A DNA stretch of 64,000 bases, taken from Candidatus Heimdallarchaeota archaeon. GTDB taxonomy: Archaea > Asgardarchaeota > Heimdallarchaeia > Heimdallarchaeales > Heimdallarchaeaceae. The notes under the pieces are model-generated. The model searched no databases. It saw only the letters and a list, made by a program, of their open reading frames with translations, and was not told the origin of the DNA. Shown piece after piece: positions 59,902 through 64,000 of the stretch. A program made the translations under genes and the position numbers. The stretch covers positions 1 to 64,000 of the forward strand of contig JABCTC010000011.1 in the NCBI GenBank assembly GCA_018238545.1, in the 5' to 3' direction. The stretch's first letter is position 1. Every line of letters begins with the position of its first letter.

Positions 59902-62900
59902 ATGCATGTTGATATGACCTCCACTCCAGTTGAAAGATTCCGCGAATTCTATCAAGGTTACCAGGATGAGAATGGGAAGCATATTTACATTGAACAAGTT
60001 CAGAAAATGTCTCTTGAGGGGCTTTCTTCAGTAATTCTCAATTATGATGATCTGTTAAGATACGACCCAGAACTTGCAAGGCTTCTCAGAGAGAATCCTG
60101 AGGAAACTATCAAAGCAGCTGATGATGCTTTAGTTGAAGTTCTTCGTGTTGAAGATCCTATTTATGCTTCAAGTGGAGAAGTGTTTCATGCACGATTTAT
60201 CAGCATTCCAGATATAGTGGATCTAAGAAGATTAAGATCTGTTCATCTTGGTCAATTCATCTCTGTTGAAGGGATAATTATCAGACAAAGTGTTGTCAAA
60301 CCACTTTTAGTTCAAGGTGTATTTCAATGTGCGATATGTGGAGAGGTGCATTATATCAACCAAGAGGATGGGATGTATGCCGAGCCCTCTAGGTGTGTTA
60401 ATCCCAATTGTGGGAAGAAAGGACCCTTCAAATTATTAACTGAAGAATCAACCTACACCGATTTACAAACTGTAACTGTTCAAGAGAAACCAGAAGAATT
60501 ACCTCCTGGACAAATCCCAAGATCACTGCCTTCAAGATTAGTAGGAGATTTAGTAGACTCTGTTAGAGCAGGTGACAGAGCTATAGCTTCAGGTATCCTA
60601 AAAATGCGTCCATCTCGTACAGCTCAAGGTAAAAGTAAAACAGCGACATTTGATCCATGGTTAGATGTAAACTTCATATCGTCTAAAGATAAAGAATATG
60701 AAGACATAGAAATCGACCCTGAAACAGAGGAAGAAATTATTAAACTTTCCAAGGATCTTAATATTCATAGAAGGATAGTGCGATCAATAGCACCTTCAAT
60801 TTATGGGATGGAAACAATAAAGGAAGCACTAGCTTCAGTGTTGTTTGGAGGAGTATCAAGAGTTGCACCAGATGGGATGAAACAAAGAGGAGATTCAAAT
60901 GTACTGTTAGTAGGTGATCCTGGAGTCGCAAAGTGTTGTCATGGTGAGACTGAAATCCTTGAAGTTAACGGTGTGACCACAACTATTGAGAAAATTGTGA
61001 ATAAACAGCTGGCTATTAATTCTACAAAGATTGACGATGGCTATTATGCCGAAGGAACCTTACCAATTTTTACATTAAATATGAATGGTAAACTAGAAAA
61101 ATCAGTTGCAAACATTTTCTGGAAGAGAGAAGCACCAAAAATCATGTTTAAAATTAAAACAAATTTAGGGAACGAAATTACAGTAACTCCTACACACCCA
61201 TTTTTTGTAACAGAAAATTGTGAAATAGAGAGCAAGAAAGCGAAATTATTAAAAGTTGGGGATTTTATTGCATCACCTCTAGGTGTACAAAATGAATCAG
61301 AGTCATCGATAGACATCGATATTAAAAAAGGTCTAACAACTGCACAAAAGGTAAATATTCCAAAGAAGATTACGCCTGAGCTAGCTAGATTGTTAGGATA
61401 CCTCTGTGGTGATGGATGTGTATATGAAGCTAATACTTCTTATGTAACATCTTTCACCAATGCTGATAAAAAGCTGATAGATGACTACATATACTGTTTT
61501 GAACAATCATTTAAGAACATTAATTTTTATCAAGAAAATAAAATAAACAGTCCTCAAACCAGAGAGATTCGTGCTTATTCCATTGAATTAGGTAGGTTTT
61601 TCCAGAAACTAGCACCTTCACTTCTGGAAGGGTCGGACAATAAACGAGTTCCGAATGCAATAATGAAGGCACCTAATGAATTATCAAAGGAATTCTTAAA
61701 AGGATACTTTGATGCAGATGGAACTGTAAATAAAAAACGAGCGACGATTTCTGCAACATCTTCCAGTGGGAAATTACTGTCAGATATTCAATTGCTACTT
61801 AGAAGACATAATATTGTCTCACAGATAGGTTATACTCATTCTAAAAGTCAAACTTCTAAGAAAAAGAAATATCATAGATTGAAAATTACTTCTATTGTCA
61901 ATTTTAAGAATTTCAAGCATGAAATCGGGTTTAGTTCCATTAAAAATGAAAGATTAGATAAAAACTTTTATTCTAACACAAATATTAACGTGGTACCTGG
62001 ACTAAGCCAATTCCTATTAGAACTACGAGAAGAATATGGATTATCTCAATATGAGATGGGAATTACAAGAAGTACATACCAACACTATGAAAAAGGAGAT
62101 AGAAATCCCTCAAGGGGTAAATTAAGAGAAATTATTCTAGAAATTAGTAGAATCAAACAAAGTATAAAAATAGAACAACTGCAAAAGTTGATCGATGCGG
62201 ATATTTTTTGGACAAGAATCGTATCAATCAAAGAAATTATTCCAGATTTTGAATGGGTTTATGATTTACAGGTTCCGGAAACACACAACTTTGTTGCTAA
62301 TGGTATATTTGTTCACAATAGCCAAATGTTGCAATATATAGCGCGATTAGCTCCTAGAGGATTACTAACCTCTGGAAAGGCAAGCTCGGCCGCAGGACTT
62401 ACCGCAGCTGTCGTTCGTGATCCCGATTCAGGCGAGTTTACTTTAGAAGCTGGTGCGTTAGTATTAGCAGATAGGGGTGTTTGTCTTATTGATGAATTCG
62501 ATAAGATGAACCCAGTCGACCGTTCTGCGATACATGAGGCGATGGAGCAACATACGATCAGTATTGCGAAAGCAGGGATAGTTGCTACGCTTAATGCTCG
62601 AACCTCTATCATTGCCGCTGCTAATCCTCGTTTTGGTAGGTATGAAGACTCTCGTCCTCCCAATGAAAATATCAATCTTCCCCCTACTATTCTATCTCGT
62701 TTCGATTTGATTTTTGTTATCAAAGATATACCTGACGAAGATAAAGACAAAAAAATGGCTAGACACATATTAGAATTGAGAAGAGGGCATATTACTGAAG
62801 CTGTAGAACCTGTTATTCCAATGGAGTTACTTCGAAAATATATCAGTTATGCAAAACAACAAGTTGAGCCAGCTTTAACTGATGAAGCTATGGAAAGAAT

Positions 62901-63354
62901 TGAAGCCTATTATTTAGATTTAAGGAAAACTTCAGATGAGAATACAGCTATAGCTATTACACCCAGATATCTTGAAGCAATTATTCGTTTATCTGAATCT
63001 CAAGCAAGAATGGCTTTGAAAGATGAAGTTACAATTGATCATGTTGAAGCTGCTATAAATCTTCTAAGATCTTCTCTAGAACAGGTAGGAAAAGATCCAG
63101 TTACAGGTAAAGTTGATATTGACTTCTTACTTTCAGGAACAACTAAGGCTACTAGATCAAAAATGCAAACTGTTATTGATTTAATTAAAGAGGAATCTCG
63201 AAAAGGAACCGTTGACATAGTGCCAGTTAGGAAAATCAAAGAGCTTGCCAAAGAGAATAATATCGAAGAAGATTTTGTAGATAAAGTTATAGAACAACTT
63301 CGAAGTAATGGTGAGATATATTCACCAAGAGATGGTTACGTTAAGTTAGCATAA
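59902..63354 (+). CDS. mcm: MCM replicative helicase, intein-containing
   Basis: CAIC..C..C zinc finger, IAPSIYG, GDPGVAK|SQ, LEAGALVLAD, IDEFDKM, SRFDL. Confidence 0.97.
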   Translation: MHVDMTSTPVERFREFYQGYQDENGKHIYIEQVQKMSLEGLSSVILNYDDLLRYDPELARLLRENPEETIKAADDALVEVLRVEDPIYASSGEVFHARFISIPDIVDLRRLRSVHLGQFISVEGIIIRQSVVKPLLVQGVFQCAICGEVHYINQEDGMYAEPSRCVNPNCGKKGPFKLLTEESTYTDLQTVTVQEKPEELPPGQIPRSLPSRLVGDLVDSVRAGDRAIASGILKMRPSRTAQGKSKTATFDPWLDVNFISSKDKEYEDIEIDPETEEEIIKLSKDLNIHRRIVRSIAPSIYGMETIKEALASVLFGGVSRVAPDGMKQRGDSNVLLVGDPGVAKCCHGETEILEVNGVTTTIEKIVNKQLAINSTKIDDGYYAEGTLPIFTLNMNGKLEKSVANIFWKREAPKIMFKIKTNLGNEITVTPTHPFFVTENCEIESKKAKLLKVGDFIASPLGVQNESESSIDIDIKKGLTTAQKVNIPKKITPELARLLGYLCGDGCVYEANTSYVTSFTNADKKLIDDYIYCFEQSFKNINFYQENKINSPQTREIRAYSIELGRFFQKLAPSLLEGSDNKRVPNAIMKAPNELSKEFLKGYFDADGTVNKKRATISATSSSGKLLSDIQLLLRRHNIVSQIGYTHSKSQTSKKKKYHRLKITSIVNFKNFKHEIGFSSIKNERLDKNFYSNTNINVVPGLSQFLLELREEYGLSQYEMGITRSTYQHYEKGDRNPSRGKLREIILEISRIKQSIKIEQLQKLIDADIFWTRIVSIKEIIPDFEWVYDLQVPETHNFVANGIFVHNSQMLQYIARLAPRGLLTSGKASSAAGLTAAVVRDPDSGEFTLEAGALVLADRGVCLIDEFDKMNPVDRSAIHEAMEQHTISIAKAGIVATLNARTSIIAAANPRFGRYEDSRPPNENINLPPTILSRFDLIFVIKDIPDEDKDKKMARHILELRRGHITEAVEPVIPMELLRKYISYAKQQVEPALTDEAMERIEAYYLDLRKTSDENTAIAITPRYLEAIIRLSESQARMALKDEVTIDHVEAAINLLRSSLEQVGKDPVTGKVDIDFLLSGTTKATRSKMQTVIDLIKEESRKGTVDIVPVRKIKELAKENNIEEDFVDKVIEQLRSNGEIYSPRDGYVKLA
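60934..62319 (+). mobile_element. Intein (462 aa) in the MCM Walker A motif, with LAGLIDADG endonuclease and HTH insertion
   Basis: Starts CCHGET, TPTHPF, LGYLCGDG and GYFDADG, ends HNFVANGIFVHN followed by Ser. Confidence 0.93.
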
Positions 63355-63368
63355 TTTTGTGATGTTTG

Positions 63369-64000
63369 ATGAATATTGCAGATCTTCCCATCCCGCAAAT
63401 TGTGAAAGATAAATTAGCGAAGGAAGGAATAATTTCTCTCTACCCACCTCAAGTAGAGGCCATAAACAAGAAACTACTTGATGGGAATAATCTTGTTGTT
63501 GCTATACCTACAGCTTCTGGTAAAACACTTTTAGCAATTTTAGCAAGTTTGAAAGTAATCGCTGATAAAGGGTTAAAAACGCTATATCTTTCACCTCTGA
63601 GAGCTCTTGCTTATGAGAAATTTATTGAATTCAAAAACTATCTAGACTTGTTAGGTAAAAGAACTATTCTACTAACTGGTGACTATGATGGAGAGGATAG
63701 TAATGCAAAATATGCTGATGTGATCATTGCAACAAATGAGAAGATTGATTCCGCAATTCGACATCAAGCTAAGTGGATTAGTAAGATTGGTTTGGTTGTA
63801 GCTGATGAGGTTCATCTCATTAATGACTCATCTAGAGGTCCTACATTAGAAGTTGTTTTAGCGCAACTCAGAAAATTAACAAAAGCACAGATTTTAGCTC
63901 TTAGTGCGACAATAAGAAATGCTGATGAAATCGCTAGATGGTTAGAAGCGGAACTCGTTTCTAGCGATTGGCGACCGGTTAAATTGAATGAAGGGGTTCT
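63369..64000 (+). CDS. hel308: Hel308/Ski2-like DEAD/H helicase (partial, runs off the window; not in ORF track)
   Basis: MNIADLPIP..LYPPQ..IPTASGKT..PLRALA.EK..DEVHL..RGPTLE..LSATI.NA. Confidence 0.9.
   Translation, partial: MNIADLPIPQIVKDKLAKEGIISLYPPQVEAINKKLLDGNNLVVAIPTASGKTLLAILASLKVIADKGLKTLYLSPLRALAYEKFIEFKNYLDLLGKRTILLTGDYDGEDSNAKYADVIIATNEKIDSAIRHQAKWISKIGLVVADEVHLINDSSRGPTLEVVLAQLRKLTKAQILALSATIRNADEIARWLEAELVSSDWRPVKLNEGV

Noticed and set aside
1500-63251. Numerous short antisense or overlapping ORFs in the track (e.g. 1500-1838, 11821-12126, 15647-16033, 48186-48551, 62313-62768)
   Set aside because: Shadow frames of well-supported genes with no motifs.
1-64000. Genome-wide TAG reassignment
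   Set aside because: Full-length genes such as dys (41763), carS (51551) and the flavodoxin (37108) end properly at TAG.

Overview
AT-rich archaeal chromosomal segment. It is almost certainly from an Asgard archaeon; Heimdallarchaeia-like is my inference from gene content. Archaeal core genes include carS, an intein-containing MCM, partial Hel308, deoxyhypusine synthase and porGDAB (intein in porB). Eukaryotic-signature genes are dense: a complete ubiquitin-like cluster (E1, Ubl, E2, JAB/MPN, multi-pass membrane RING E3 plus a RING-less membrane paralogue), a second membrane RING protein, a two-domain gelsolin, a Rab-like GTPase and three tandem longin-like-domain genes, two of them receptor-like. 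A bacterial-type purine-catabolism operon (SsnA-like, PreA/DHOD-like, ThrC-like, xdhABC) lies near the left end. Best leads: (1) a MoxR AAA+/VWA gene pair joined by a correctly phased A-AAA-AAA slippery site and a downstream hairpin/pseudoknot, a candidate programmed -1 frameshift; (2) a candidate membrane ubiquitin-ligase module, ERAD-like by analogy; (3) receptor-like longin proteins with a soluble partner; (4) unannotated structured RNA candidates, one with hairpin-hinge-hairpin-ACA layout; (5) an in-frame amber codon in a membrane protein gene; (6) a probable chimeric or recombination junction near 806-825. No rRNA, tRNA, CRISPR array or transposase was recognised. All calls come from motif recognition by eye; no searches were run.
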